Source: the human T2T-CHM13v2.0 reference genome, Homo sapiens
NCBI RefSeq assembly: GCF_009914755.1
Contig: NC_060936.1
Direction: 5' to 3' (one strand)
DNA: 64,000 nt
Shown here: piece after piece, positions 30,728 through 44,830 of the stretch
Layout: each line of letters starts with the position of its first letter
How positions within the stretch are numbered: the first letter of the stretch is position 1
Program-made: the position numbers and the translations under genes
Notes under the pieces: model-generated
Seen by the model: only the letters and a program-made list of their open reading frames with translations
Database searches by the model: none
Told to the model about the DNA's origin: nothing

Positions 30728-30909
30728 CTCCATAGGTCATTAGGGTTTGTTAAACCATTAATAGCAGATGATGACTTTTCAATCACTGGATCAATTTGGC
30801 TATTACTGAACCCCCCTGACCAATCAGTATCAGTAAACAGGAGACAGCTTGAGTGTCACACTGTACTGCAATGGAAAGTAAATGCCAGCACCCAACGTGC
30901 TCTCACCAT

Positions 30910-31212
30910 GCTAGCTGCTTCCATGTGTCAACTTGACTGGGCTAAGGAATGCCCAGATAGCCAGTAAAATACTATTCCTGCATATGTCTGTGAGTGTGTT
31001 TCTAGAAGAAAATATTATTTGAATCAGTGGGTTGCATAAAGATGACCCTCATCAATGTGTGCAGGCATCCTCCAATTCACTAAGGGTCCAAATAGAACAA
31101 AAGGGTGGAGGAAGGGCAGGCTTGTTCTTTCTGTTTGAGTTGGGACATCCACCTTCTACTCTGAGATGTTGGTACTCCACATGCCCAGGCCTCAGACTCA
31201 GACCAGAACTTA
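30910..31212 (+). mobile_element. MLT2 (ERVL) LTR
   Basis: tgtgtcaacttgactgggctaaggaatgcccagatagc...aatagaacaaaagggtggaggaaggg. Confidence 0.82.
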
Positions 31213-33531
31213 TGCTATATCTGTATACAGATATAGATAGATATGTATGTGTGTACACACACACACATATATATACACACACATACACACAACCCATTAA
31301 TGACAGTATGTGTGTGTGTGTATATATATACTCTCTTCCCATGTGCACACACACACACACACGTTATACACACACATGTTATTAATGGGTTGTCCAGTGT
31401 GGCTGATCTGGTGTGTATGTGGCTGCCGCAATGAGGCAGCTCATTAATGGGTTGTCCAGTGTAGCTGCTCTGGTTCTCACATGCCTTACCCTCTCTAAGC
31501 TGAGGTTTCTGTACGCAGAATGTTCTGAGTTGGGTCTGGAGATCCTGCAAACAGGACACTAGGAAAGCTGAAGAAGGCCCAGGCTATCTGAAGCTGTCAC
31601 CTCCCACCAAACCTCCCTCATCCAACCATGTCTTCTGGGGAAAACCTCAGACTCCCAGAGGTCAGACAATTCTGTGGCCCCCCTCAGTGCATCAGTACAG
31701 GATGCTTTGAGGCAGCCCCAAAAGACATCATGCCGGTAAGTAGTCTCCTTTCCCTTGAGTATCCTGGGAAACTGGGGGTTGGGACCCCAGCCCTTATTTC
31801 TCTGGATCCCCCAGGGTCTCCAGAAGAGAGCCACACCCATCCTAGAGATGTGTCTAGTCAACAGCTAGTAACTGGGGGGACGAGGCAAACCTCTGTGGGA
31901 GGGTTCATGGGGAGACAGTGCTCGGGAACAGTGTTGGGGCGTCTACGGAAAACTATGTTCCGATGGCCACACTCAGGGCCCTCTCCACCCCTCACTCCTC
32001 GGCACTCCCTCAAGAGCTCCTCTTCTGTTTTCTCGACTCCACCATTCCCAGTGTATTCATCTACATGAAGCCTCTGTCTGTCTTCCTGAACTCTGATTCT
32101 CTTCGTTCTAGTACCTGGAGGACCTAAGCCTCGTGTTTCAAGGATCCCATCACTGGGTTTGCCTTCCTTCCCTCGTTTTGTTTTCCAGCATCAAGCTTGG
32201 CTCACACCTGTGCTGATCTCCATCCATTCCAGCCTCAGGGTATTTGTGCTGTGATCATGGCTAGGCGGTCTCTTCCCCCTCTCCCACTCCCCACCCCCAT
32301 CTCACACTCACCTTATCACTGATGCCTCTCATAGTCACACCTGAGATTCCACTCCATCATTCCACAAGTGCCTATGCAATCCTACCATCTCCTGATACTG
32401 TGCACCCAACACAGGGTTCTCCAGGAAGAGCCCAGGTGAGGATCCACAAAGCTGCTGCTTGATCCCTGAGCTGCATGCGTAGGATAGCAAAGATGAGGAC
32501 AAATGCAAATGAGGCAAAGGAAGATGAGCCATGAGGCAGAGCGCTGTGTTACACACCAGCTCCCCCTGCAGGGCAAGCACAGAGAGGCAGCAGCCTGCTC
32601 AGCGGGCCATGCATGCACTTGGCACGCAGGATTTCTGTGGGGTGTGGCACTGCCCAGGGAAACCCTGGCTTAACCCTGGCTTAAGGAGGAGTGTTTGTGT
32701 GCCCATCTCTCATTTTCTTTTGAACAGAGTCCCTCCATTGGGACTGCATTTTTCTGCACTTTTGGTTCTTCTCATCCAGCCCCTCCAGTGATCTCTCAGG
32801 ATGCAGAGCCCAGGCCTCTGCGAGGAGGTATTCCACCAGCAAGGAAGAGGCAGAGGTTCCAGAAACTCAGGTGTGCTTTATGCACACCTGAGAGGTGACC
32901 ATAAAGGAGGCTCAGGGCTTCTAAGGGAAGTGGCTGGTTTTGCTCTCACAGTGACTGCGTCACCTTGGGAGGCGGGGGATGCAGGGTGCAGCCGCAGCCG
33001 TCTACACACTTGTGTCCAGAGCCCTGGGCCAGGCACTGTGCATTCCACGGGGCCCATCACAGCCCCTGCCTACATGGGTGGATTCTACTGCAGGCCTGCT
33101 AAAGTGTTGCCTTGCAAAACCTCATTGAACTCGTGCGGCAATCCTATGAATGATTCATATTAGTGTTCCCATTTTACAGATAAGAAAACTGAGCCTCCAC
33201 GACATAAGGAGGTGCCAATTCAGGTACAGCATAGTGCTGCAGGGGATTAAGCTAAGGTTCACTAGAATTCAGTGCCCTCCAAACCAATTAGCCCTGCCTC
33301 CTGTGCACATGTATTTCATCAAGTTTGAGATCACACTGTGATCATTTCGCCTGAGTCCCTCAGGGTGAAAGTGCTGGTTCTGAGTGCCTGAACACTTAAC
33401 ATTTCTATGGGGACTGCAAAGTGACTTCCAAATGAATGTGTCAATTTGCACAATGAACATCAGTGTTTTGCTGGATTCTTAATGACAGTTCTCTCACTTG
33501 GCTTTGCCCCTCTGGGTGTTCATTTGTAGCA

Positions 33532-33534
<3 letters not shown>

Positions 33535-33569
<35 letters not shown>

Positions 33570-33579
33570 ACACACACAC
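33535..33579. repeat. (CA)n microsatellite
   Basis: Direct inspection. Confidence 0.95.
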
Positions 33580-35165
33580 TAAAATCAAAGTGGGCAAGGC
33601 ATTGCTATCAAAACATGAAACAGTCCATTCAGCCCCGGCCTTCCAAGCACCTTAAATGCCTGAACCCCGCATCCAGCACAGGATGGCCTCCAAGCCTGTG
33701 TCCCTGCTTGGCTTCAGGAGGCCGCACTCCCCGCCCTGCAGTGCCTGAGACTGGGCCTGTCACTTTCTGTAAATGCTTGTGCAGTACACAGTCCCTTTTC
33801 TGGATTGTGGAACTGCACCCTGGCTCTGTCTCCCTCCCTCTGCCTGCACTCCTCCTGTAGCCTGGATCAGTCTGGACAGCTTCCAAACACGTCCCCTGTG
33901 TCCAATCTGGCTCCTATAACATAAGCCACAAGGCATCCAAAGTGGTGATTTTAAAACTTAAATAAGGTCATAACATTTCCCTAATAAAAACCCACAAATG
34001 ACATCCCAATGGACTGAGAATAAATGCCAAGCCCTCACCTCTCGCTTCTCCTACCTGGCCCTGTGTGTGCTGGCTGTTCATGACCACCTGGCTGCTTCGA
34101 CCACTTCCCCTCGTGTGTCTTCTCCAGCCATGCCGACTTTCTTTCCCTTCTTCAAACACACTTCACTAGTCCCTACCCTCAACTTCAGGGGCTTCTCTGA
34201 CATTTTCTGTCCCCCTCTGCTTAGAACACTCTTCCCTAAATTTATTTACGTTGTCAAAGGAGTAGGATGAGATAATGACTGATAGTACTGGACAGTCACC
34301 ATAGTCCAGACACTGATAGATGTGTTTAGTGCTATGAACTCATCTATTCTCCACAATGATTCTTTGGGTTTGGTGCTATCGTGATCAATGCTTAACAAAC
34401 GAGGAAACTGGAGCCTAGCGAAGCAACTTGCCTAGTCACACAGCTCTTGGTGATAGAAGGACGACACAGGCCTCAGCTCTGTATTAAATGAGAGTGCAAA
34501 AAGAAAGGCCTCTAGTCAAGCTCTGGGGCTATAGAATAGTTCTATGCTGTCCAGTGGAGAAAGAAGGACAAAGAAGGCTGTGAATGAACAGACAGGAGTA
34601 GCAGCAGAGCTTCCATGAGGGAGGCAGCGGTCACCTAGATTGAGGTCTGCTGAAAAAGCAATTGTATCTTCAGTTATCTGAGCAACATATGGGTCCCTGG
34701 TGACTTTATCATAACTGTATCAGCAACTGGCCGGACTAGCCAGGCTGCTGTGGGGTGAAGAATAATGAGAGGTGAGGAAATGATAACCTCAAATGCAGAA
34801 GTCTCTTCTGGAATGCTTTCCTCTAAAAAGGATCAGAGAGACTGTTTGAAGATGGAAAGGAATGTTCTGAGTTGGGTCTGGAGATCCTGCAGACAGGACA
34901 CTGGGAAAGGTGGGCCCCATCCCAGACATGGCAATGGAACCCAGTTCTATGTAGGAAATGATTGCATCTGTTTTCATGGGGGTGACTGTGAACCTCACAG
35001 CAGTACAAGGAGGATTAATTAAGATATTAAGTCAGAAATTACAGATGCATAATACCTGGAATTATGGCTCAGTACATAATGACTCCAGCCCTATCTCTGT
35101 AACTCACAACACTGTATTTGAATGTATCTGGACAGATCCTGGAGGTAACTGTAGAAATGCCCTAG

Positions 35166-35426
<261 letters not shown>

Positions 35427-35479
35427 TGATTTAGTCACTTTGATTTTTTAAAGCTTTATGTATAATAATGAAACATACA

Positions 35480-35930
35480 CATAAGGTAGAAATGACCCAA
35501 TCCATCGGTAGTTGAATTAACACGCTGAGATACATGCATGTAATTTAATTCGTCAGTAAGAAATCAGCAGAGCACTAATGTACTCGATAGCTGGACCTCA
35601 AAAGCATTGTGTTGCCTGAAAGAAGCCAGACACGAAAGGTTAAGTGGCGTTTGACCTCAATAACATGGAGTTCCAGAACAGGCAAAGGCAATCTATGAAA
35701 GTGAGGAAATCTGATCATTGCCTGTGGAGTCAGGTGTGAAGGGCGAGAGGGAACTAGTGGGTCATTGTGAAGGGCGAGAGGGAACTAGCGGAGCAGATGG
35801 AAATGTGCTAGACTTTCAATGGAGCAATAGTTACACCGACACATGCATTTGTCCAAACCCATCCACCTGTATACTCAAGCTGGACACTTTATCCTATTTA
35901 AATTACATCTTAACAAAGTTGACATCTTGT
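35480..35930 (+). mobile_element. Old L1M 3' UTR fragment
   Basis: ggacctcaaaagcattgtgttgcctgaaagaagccagacacgaaagg...ttccagaacaggcaaa. Confidence 0.7.
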
Positions 35931-37053
35931 CTTTTTCATTAATTAGCAAAAAGAAATTCCAGGGGCCATATTTTCTCTGTATTTTAAGTCATGCCTCTGC
36001 TGCAATATAGTTTCCGCCTTCACACTGGAGCTTTGCTTGCCTATAGTGATTGTAAGTACTCCTGTCAGAAACCAAGCCTGTCGGCCAGGTGGTCGTCAGT
36101 ATTCGGAATATTTGATTGGCTTCATCTGTCTTGTAGTTTCTGGATCTTCACCATCTGCACAATGGGTTCATTTTTGATGGGAACCTATTTTGCAACAACT
36201 GGAGTCTTTTCCTCATTATAAACAAGAGATAAGCCAACATTATTGACCCAGATGAATAGTAAACAGAAAGCAGGGGGTGAAGGGAGCTGTGACTGTCCTG
36301 TATCCAGCTGTAGAGGCTCTGTCCACATAGGGTCAGATGGGATGGCTGAATGGTTCTGCATCCCGGATGGCTCACTCACATAGTGGGCAAGTTAGTGCTG
36401 GCTCTTTCTGGGAGCTCAGCCTGGACACTGGCCGGGGGCCACTTCCTCTTCACATGGGTCTCTCCACTGTCTTCCTCGTGACATGACACCTGCATTTCAA
36501 GAGCAGGGATATCAAGTTCCCTTTGGTTTTGAACAACTGGGGATCTGAGAGGAAACTTCATATGAAGAGAGACAGAGAGAAAGGTGCCACCTTGGCAATG
36601 GATGAAATTGTAACAACCCAGGGATAAATTGCTAATTCACTATTCTCTCATCACTGCTTTTGCTTCCACTTTAATCTATGATTTGTGAATGGAATTAATA
36701 GAAACCGACCAAACATGGCTATGCACACGATGTTTGGCCACAAATATTTTCCACATTAATTCTCTTAGTATCATCAGAACAGAGGAAAAGCCCTGGTCAT
36801 CAGTTCTGTGTTGTGAGTACTAACAAGCATGCAGTTTTGCCAGTAAAATGGACAACTGTGGAGACAGGCAGAAAGGAAGCTTAGAGTCTCCGTACATCAT
36901 TTTCTTACACTGAAAAACAGAAAATAAAATATTTTGCAGTATTAGATTGTTTCACAAAGCATAGATGCCTTGGGAGAAAACAGTCCGAGAGAGGGAGACA
37001 GAGTTTCCACAGTCTTCAGTTTTGCTGTACATTGCTTTGGATGTCTGTAAGTG

Positions 37054-37265
37054 AGGGCTTCCACAAACATTTTTTGCAAAGATCCATGGAATAAGTTTAG
37101 ACTCTGTGGGCTGCAGGGTGTCTGTTACAATTCCCTACCTCTGCTGCTCTAGAATGTAAGCAGCCACGAACAAATGCAAGTGGTTCAGCTCCACAAAGAC
37201 TTTATTAACAAATAGCAAAACAGCAAACTGGATTTAGCCGTAGGCTGTAGTTGACCAACTTTTGC
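37054..37265 (+). mobile_element. MER58A DNA transposon
   Basis: ctctgctgctctagaatgtaagcagcca...actttattaacaaa...ctggatttagccgtaggctgtagttgacc. Confidence 0.75.
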
Positions 37266-37944
37266 TCTGAATAATTACCTTGTAATCTTGAGGTCCAAAT
37301 ATGGGGATTTGCACCTGGTTCAGAAGCAGTGTACCCAAATGTGCACCCCTTTCAGGGGATTTCAGTGTATTTGGAGAGGGGGGAAGTTCTTTTTTTTTGT
37401 TTTTTTCTATAACCTCATGTAGAAATTCTACAGCCTCAACGGCTAGATCCTATTTGGAGTCCTAATCTCCCACTGCCTTTGCAAAGTGATGCCATGCTAC
37501 CTATCATCTCTCTGCATTTCCAGCACCCTTGTCTGTAACAGAGAGTCAATAACGGCACTTAACAAAGGGCTGCTGGAAAGATTGCACACCACGTATGCAG
37601 CCGAGGGTCCAGCACACACAAGATGCTCAAAAAACACTGCTGTTGTATTATACTTATTGCTATCCTGTTTCCGTCTGTCAATCCACATACCTGCTCAGTA
37701 ACTCTCTGCTGCAAACAGAAAGCAGAACCCAGATATTCCCATTGGTTTATCACTTCAGGGCAGTTGTGAGCAGAATCAGGGTCCAGATCATACAATCATG
37801 AAGGCCTACATTTAGTTTTTTAGATTAAAAAAAGTTTTCTTCAAGCTAGGTTAGATGTCCGGATATATTCAGACTTATCTTACCACTTACATTTCTAATT
37901 GCATTTTTCATCAATAAAGTGCATTGCTTTATTGATGAAAATTC

Positions 37945-38790
37945 CTTAATTTTCCCTTACATGAAAACATCTTTATTTTTTTCTTATTTCTGAAGTATAC
38001 TTTCACTGAGAGTCTAACTTTGAATTGAAGGTATTTTTGTTTGTTTTTATTTTTGTTTTTAGAGGCAGGGTCTCAGTCGGTCTCTCAGGCTGGAGTGCAG
38101 TGGTATACTCATAGCTCACTGCAGCCTCAACCTACCAGGCTCAAGTGATCATTCTTCCTCAGCTTGCCAAGGTATCGGGACCACAGGCATGAACCACGAC
38201 ATTCAGTCTGTTTTTCCTTTGTTTTGCTTCCTCCTCGTCATCACTTTAACAGGGTCTTTCCACTGTCTTCTGGCTGCCATGGTTTCTGAGGAGAAATCTG
38301 CCATCAGTCACATCATACTTTATCCAATGTGTCATTTTCTCTGGCTACTTTCTTGATTGATTGTCTCTTTGTCTTTGGTATTCAGCAGTTTTAAGATGAT
38401 GTGTTTGGGTGAGGTTTTCTTTAAATTCATTCTACTTAAAGTCCTGGAATCTATGAATTCATTTCTATTAACAAATATAAGACATTTTGGCCATGAGTTT
38501 TTCAGCAGTTTTGTTCTGGCTTAGTTTACATCTCTAGTCCTTCTATGACTCCAATTATGCACATTTCAAAACTGTTGATATTGCCCCATAGGTCATGAGG
38601 CTCTATTGATTTCATAAAATATATTCTTTGTTTTTCTCTGTACTTCACACTGGATTTTATTTTATATTCATTGACTTTTCTTCTGTCATCTCTATTCTTC
38701 TATTGAGCACATTTACTGAATATTTAATTTCAGATATTGTATTTTCAGTTCAAATTTTTCTTGTAGGATTTTTTTCCTATTTGCTGAGAA
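37945..38790 (-). mobile_element. Old L1M fragment, with Alu monomer at about 38034-38209
   Basis: ttccactgtcttctggctgccatggtttctgaggagaaatctgc...cagcagttttaagatgatgtgtttgggtg. Confidence 0.72.
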
Positions 38791-39068
38791 ATAGAAGGTG
38801 CTGAAACCATCCATATGATGGTATCTGCCTGGGCTTTGGAGCTCCTAAAACACCCTCATTGTCATCTGATTCTCTGAGGAAGAGCGTGCAGAGACACGCC
38901 AAATAAGGCACTGGGTTAAAGAACCAGCATGGGACAAGCTTGGAGGCGTCTCTTGCCAGGGAAACTCTGCCATAGACTTGAGCCTAGTATAGAGCAAGGA
39001 GGGAAAAGAAATACCACCCTTGACAGTTCCCGAGAGTACCTTCTGCTGTGAATGATTTCAACAGTCCT

Positions 39069-40154
<1,086 letters not shown>

Positions 40155-41559
40155 CTGTGATCTTTGCAGAGACGTCAGGATGTCTTGGTGACTGACAGAT
40201 CTGATAGGATTTCAGCTCATTCCTTCTCTGAGTGAATGTGGGCAAGCAGAAAATCTGCCTCTCGAAATCCCGGTTCCCTCCACTTCTAAACATGCAGATA
40301 ATGAAAAAGCCTGTTTCACGCGATTGAGATGAAGATTAAAATGTTGATAATTCTACTGAATTGGCACGTGTGTTTGCACATGTGCATATCTGTACACACA
40401 CAGAGAGAAATTCATGGGTCAGACTCTGCTCCCAAGGAGAAACGTGCAATTTCCACAGAAAATCTTTGCATGGCAAATAATCCTGAACTACATTCTATTA
40501 TTTGCTCACATTTAAATCTGGCTGTTTACCCAATTATCCATGTCTGATATTGGGCTATAGCTCTGAGCCAAAGAAGACTGTTTTCAACCACTTTGATTTT
40601 CACCCAGCAGTAACAAGCGGCATGCTGTGGTGGGCTGGATTCTAAGTTGCCCTCAAGAATGACACAAGCTTAAACCACAGGTAGCAAAGGGAATTTCTTC
40701 TTTCCCTGAGACCTAATTCATTACCCTATATCATTGCAACTTGATTAGTATTTACCCAATAGAATGAAAGTGTGTTGATTTCTGAATCACTAAAAGCTGA
40801 TGTCATTAAATTAGGCATGATACTTAAAACATTAAATTCATTATCATCTAGCGTCTTATATTTATAAAGTATAACTAAGGATATATTTGCATGTGTAAAG
40901 AATCTGTCACTATTAGTTCTCTATGCCAGGAAAGGCAGCTGTCTTATTATTTCTGAGCCTGAACATTAAGACAGTAGGGCAAGGGGAAGAGAGGAAAGAA
41001 TAAATGGAACATTTCTGCCTGCTTAATGCCAGAGAAATATATAAAGTGGTGAATACATGGGTAGCCTAACAAGGAAGAAACACACATCCATCACTTGGGA
41101 TGCATTTTTAATCTTGGAGTGGCTTTAAGAAGTTCACCCTCTCTGCTGCCAATTCAGGCAATAGATTAAAGGTCACTTTAAAATGCCTCAACGTTAACGG
41201 CAATCATTGCAGAAATGCCAAATATCATTATCTGACTGCAAAATTACCTAGCTGGAATTGCTACATTATTTCTCTAGATAATGCCCTCCAAATGTTTTTG
41301 ATTGTTTATACCTGACAATAAAGAACTACTTCTGTATGCATCTGTGATATGGAGGCCATTACACCAGCTTGCCAAATATTTTCAGATTTCCCTCTTCTTG
41401 GGCACACAGTAGAAACATAATTCTAGGTCTTGTCTTTGAGCGAAGCCATTAGCTAGTTCTGGCCAATGAGTGTGGGCAAACATGGCATGTGCTGTCAGGA
41501 AGGGGGACCCACAGTGGGCAGGCAACACTCACAACTGCATTTATCACAGCTGCTCCTTA

Positions 41560-42135
41560 CAGCATGGTCCAAGCCATCACTATCAGACCCTCACTCAGAG
41601 CTCTTGACCTCATCACCACCAGCTCCCCTGGTGCTAACTCTGGGACAGTCATCATTTAAGGCATTGGGTGCATGCTGTCCTTATTGCTCTACCCCAAATA
41701 GGTCAGGCACACTCCTTGATTAGGGCCTTTACTTTTGCTGCTATCTCAACCTGGGATATTCCTTTCCCCCAGGACCCAAGCCCTCCAAGCTCATTTCTTT
41801 TAGGTTCAAGCTCAAACATCAGCTTATCCATGAGACCCATGCTTATATTGTCTTTTCAAATAACAGTTGCCACTAATAGGTACTCGCTATGCACCTTCTG
41901 TGTTATTTTCCCCATAATACTTTAACCTACCTGACCAGCTATATTCTCCTTCATTGGTTCTTTGCATTCTTGTCCCCTTCCCCCTCGCCCCACACACCTG
42001 CCCCATCCCACACATACACATAATATTATATAAGCTCCTTGGGAGCAGGAACTGTGCGTGCTATTTTAACATCATATTCCCAATGTCTAAAACAATGACT
42101 GTCCCAGAGTTGGCACTCAAAAACGTTTGTTAATG
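41560..42135 (+). mobile_element. L2 3' fragment
   Basis: taagctccttgggagcaggaac...gttggcactcaaaaacgtttgttaatga. Confidence 0.65.
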
Positions 42136-43659
42136 AGCTTAATACAATATGTTACGTTAGGGTTTTTGTTAAATAAGTACAATGCAGCTGCTCTCGTCAC
42201 AGAAAAACTAACTGTGAGATAAGAGATATGTTCACAGACTTCACTCTAGAAACCATTTTACTCTCTGTATATATCCCACAGCATCATGTTGCAAACCTGT
42301 AAACCTCAAATGTACCCAATAAAATTTATTTAAAAATATTTGTTTAGAGGAAGAATGAGTAAATACAACACTTACCCAACTCATATGCAGATAGGACTAT
42401 CTGGCCTCCCTTTCTCTGCCCAAATATGTATCTGAAGATGACCCAGAAGCAATGTTCTACACCTTCATGTGAATTTCTGTTGCTTTACTCACATCATTTC
42501 CTCTAAGAGGCAAGTGGAGTTGGTCAATGTCAAAGAAATTGCATCCTTCATGAGATTCTAGGAGTCTGAGGCATAAGAAACAGCTTCCTAAAAGCATTTT
42601 GGAAAAAATAAGGCTTTTGTTTTTGTTGTTGTTGCTGTTATTGTTTTTTATTTCTTTTTCCTCTGGCCACCTTGTGTGGTCCTGTCTGCAGATTATAACA
42701 ATAAACACTGGCATTGTTAATGTCAGCTGAGGGGTCCACACTCCAACGTGGGAGCAAAACAAGCTTCCATTTGTGAGCCATGCCCATTTTGGCCCAAACA
42801 GTCATGTATTATAGCAGCAATCTCACCAGATTGTGGATAGTTTGAAGTTGCAAAAAGCTTAAAGCCACTTTTATATAATTTGCCAATTTTCTCCCATTTT
42901 ATTTCTTCTATTTTCTGATGAGAAATCAATCTTCTCTAAAGAAAACAAATACATTATGTTTTACTATGAAGTCAAGGTCTTAGGTTATTCTTTCAACTTG
43001 AGGTATTTGTTGTTTGGATTTTTTTAAAAAAACAGAGTACATTTATTTCTTAATCAAGGGTTGACATAAGCACAAGGTCTGCGTGTTTGGAAGATGCTGG
43101 GCCTGTTTACCCTCTTTTATCAGTCGGGGTGGAACTCATACCTCACCCCCTACCCCCACCACCACCTACCACCTTCTGGCGCCCAGTTCAGCTCAGAGGG
43201 TCCCTCCATAATTGGGGTCGTTTGGAGTGAGAATAATGGATATAATCACCAGCAGGGGTTTCTCATCTGGATACTGGTCTTGATCTATAACAGTAATACA
43301 GCTTCAGTCAACTTCCAAGCTGGCTGCACTGCTGTGTGGCTTTACACAAGTGGCTTCACCTCTTTGAACTTCCATTGCCTCCTTTACAAATGGCCATGAT
43401 AAAACCAGCTTGTAGGTCATTGTCACAATAACCTATAAAGTTTGCAAATCACTGATGCCTGGCACAATGACTGGTAGGTAGAGGTGGTTGAGAACCAATA
43501 ACTGGAACGTATGGGGATCATATGGGTAGCAGTCCATCAGTATGTGTTTTCTCTGTGCAGATCTTATCCTGAGCTCATGAACTACTGTGGGACCATTTAC
43601 CATTCAGAATAGAAAGAGAACTGAGCCAGGAGTCTGGGCACATGGATTCTCATCTCCAG

Positions 43660-44450
43660 TCCATCCTCCTGTGTGCCAGGTGCATTTAGGTGCCGGGGAC
43701 ACAGCAGTGACTGAGATGGGCATCTATACTCATGAAGCTGACTCTCCAGAAGAGACACTGAGAATAAAGCAGGAAGCATCTATAGCAGGAAGCGGAATGG
43801 CTCATCAAACAAGTGCCCTGGAGAAGCTTAGACTGGGGAGGGAGATGAGGAGGGCTGGTGGTGCAAGACACTGCAGTAAGGAGGTGAGCAATGACCTCCA
43901 GGTTGTGAGGAAGGAGCCAGGCACCACCTCCAGGAGGTGGGGGAAGGGCCAGGCACCACCTCCAGGAGGTGAGGGAGGAGCCATATACTATCTCTAGGAG
44001 GTGAGGGAGGAGCCATGTGCTATCTCTAGGAGGTGAGGGAGGAGCCATGAGCTATCTCCTGGAGGTGAATGAGGGAGCCATGTGCTATCTCCTGGAGGTG
44101 AATGAGGGAGCCATGTGCTATCTCCTGGATGTGAGGGAGGAGCCAGGCACTACCTCTGGCAGGTGAGGGAGGGAACAATGCACCATCTTCAGGGCTAAAG
44201 AGGGAGCCAGGCACCGCCTCCGGGAGGTGAGGGAGGGAGCCAGGCACTGCCTCCAGGAGGTGAGGAGGAACAAGTGAGGTCAGGGCAGGGAGGAGGGAGG
44301 ATGATGGCTGTCCTTGTCAGTCTTGGTGAGGATGTTGTCTTTACTCTGAATGAGATGGGAGCTGTGGAGGGTTAGGAGCAGACATGATGTGACTTCGGTT
44401 TTCACAGACTCATTTCTGCTACGTTGAGAACAGACTGAGGGGTAACGGAG
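43660..44450 (-). mobile_element. L2 fragment hosting a minisatellite
   Basis: tgtgtgccaggtgcatttaggtgccggggacacagcagtga...tttactctgaatgagatgggagctgtggagggtt. Confidence 0.72.
43895..44272. repeat. 32-33 bp minisatellite, about 12 copies
   Basis: Unit approximately CCTCCAGGAGGTGAGGGAGGAGCCAKGYRCTA. Confidence 0.9.
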
Positions 44451-44629
44451 GAGGAAAGGAGACCCAGTGCTACATCACCGTCTGATGTTAAAGTTGAGGA
44501 CTTGACATTCTCTGAACCTGTTTCCTCTTCAGCAACATTGAGTGAACCTGTCCCACGTACACCCTAAAACTGATTAAGGATCACACACTCTATTGTATAA
44601 GCCAGTCCTTCCCATCAAGTTTATGCTGC

Positions 44630-44830
44630 CAGGATTCAAGCCCTGGTGCTGCCACATGACAGCCGGTGCCCTTGGACCAATTATGTGGACGCTCTGTGCC
44701 TCAGTTTCCCCATGTGTAAGATGTGGATACTAATACTTTCAACACATGTAGTTACTGTTAAGATTAAATGATACAATTGATATAAAGTGCTTAGAACAAA
44801 GAGTTTGTGGTAAGTTCTATATTACTATGA
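44630..44830 (+). mobile_element. MIR
   Basis: ctctgtgcctcagtttccccatgtgtaagatg...aagattaaatga...taaagtgcttagaaca. Confidence 0.8.
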
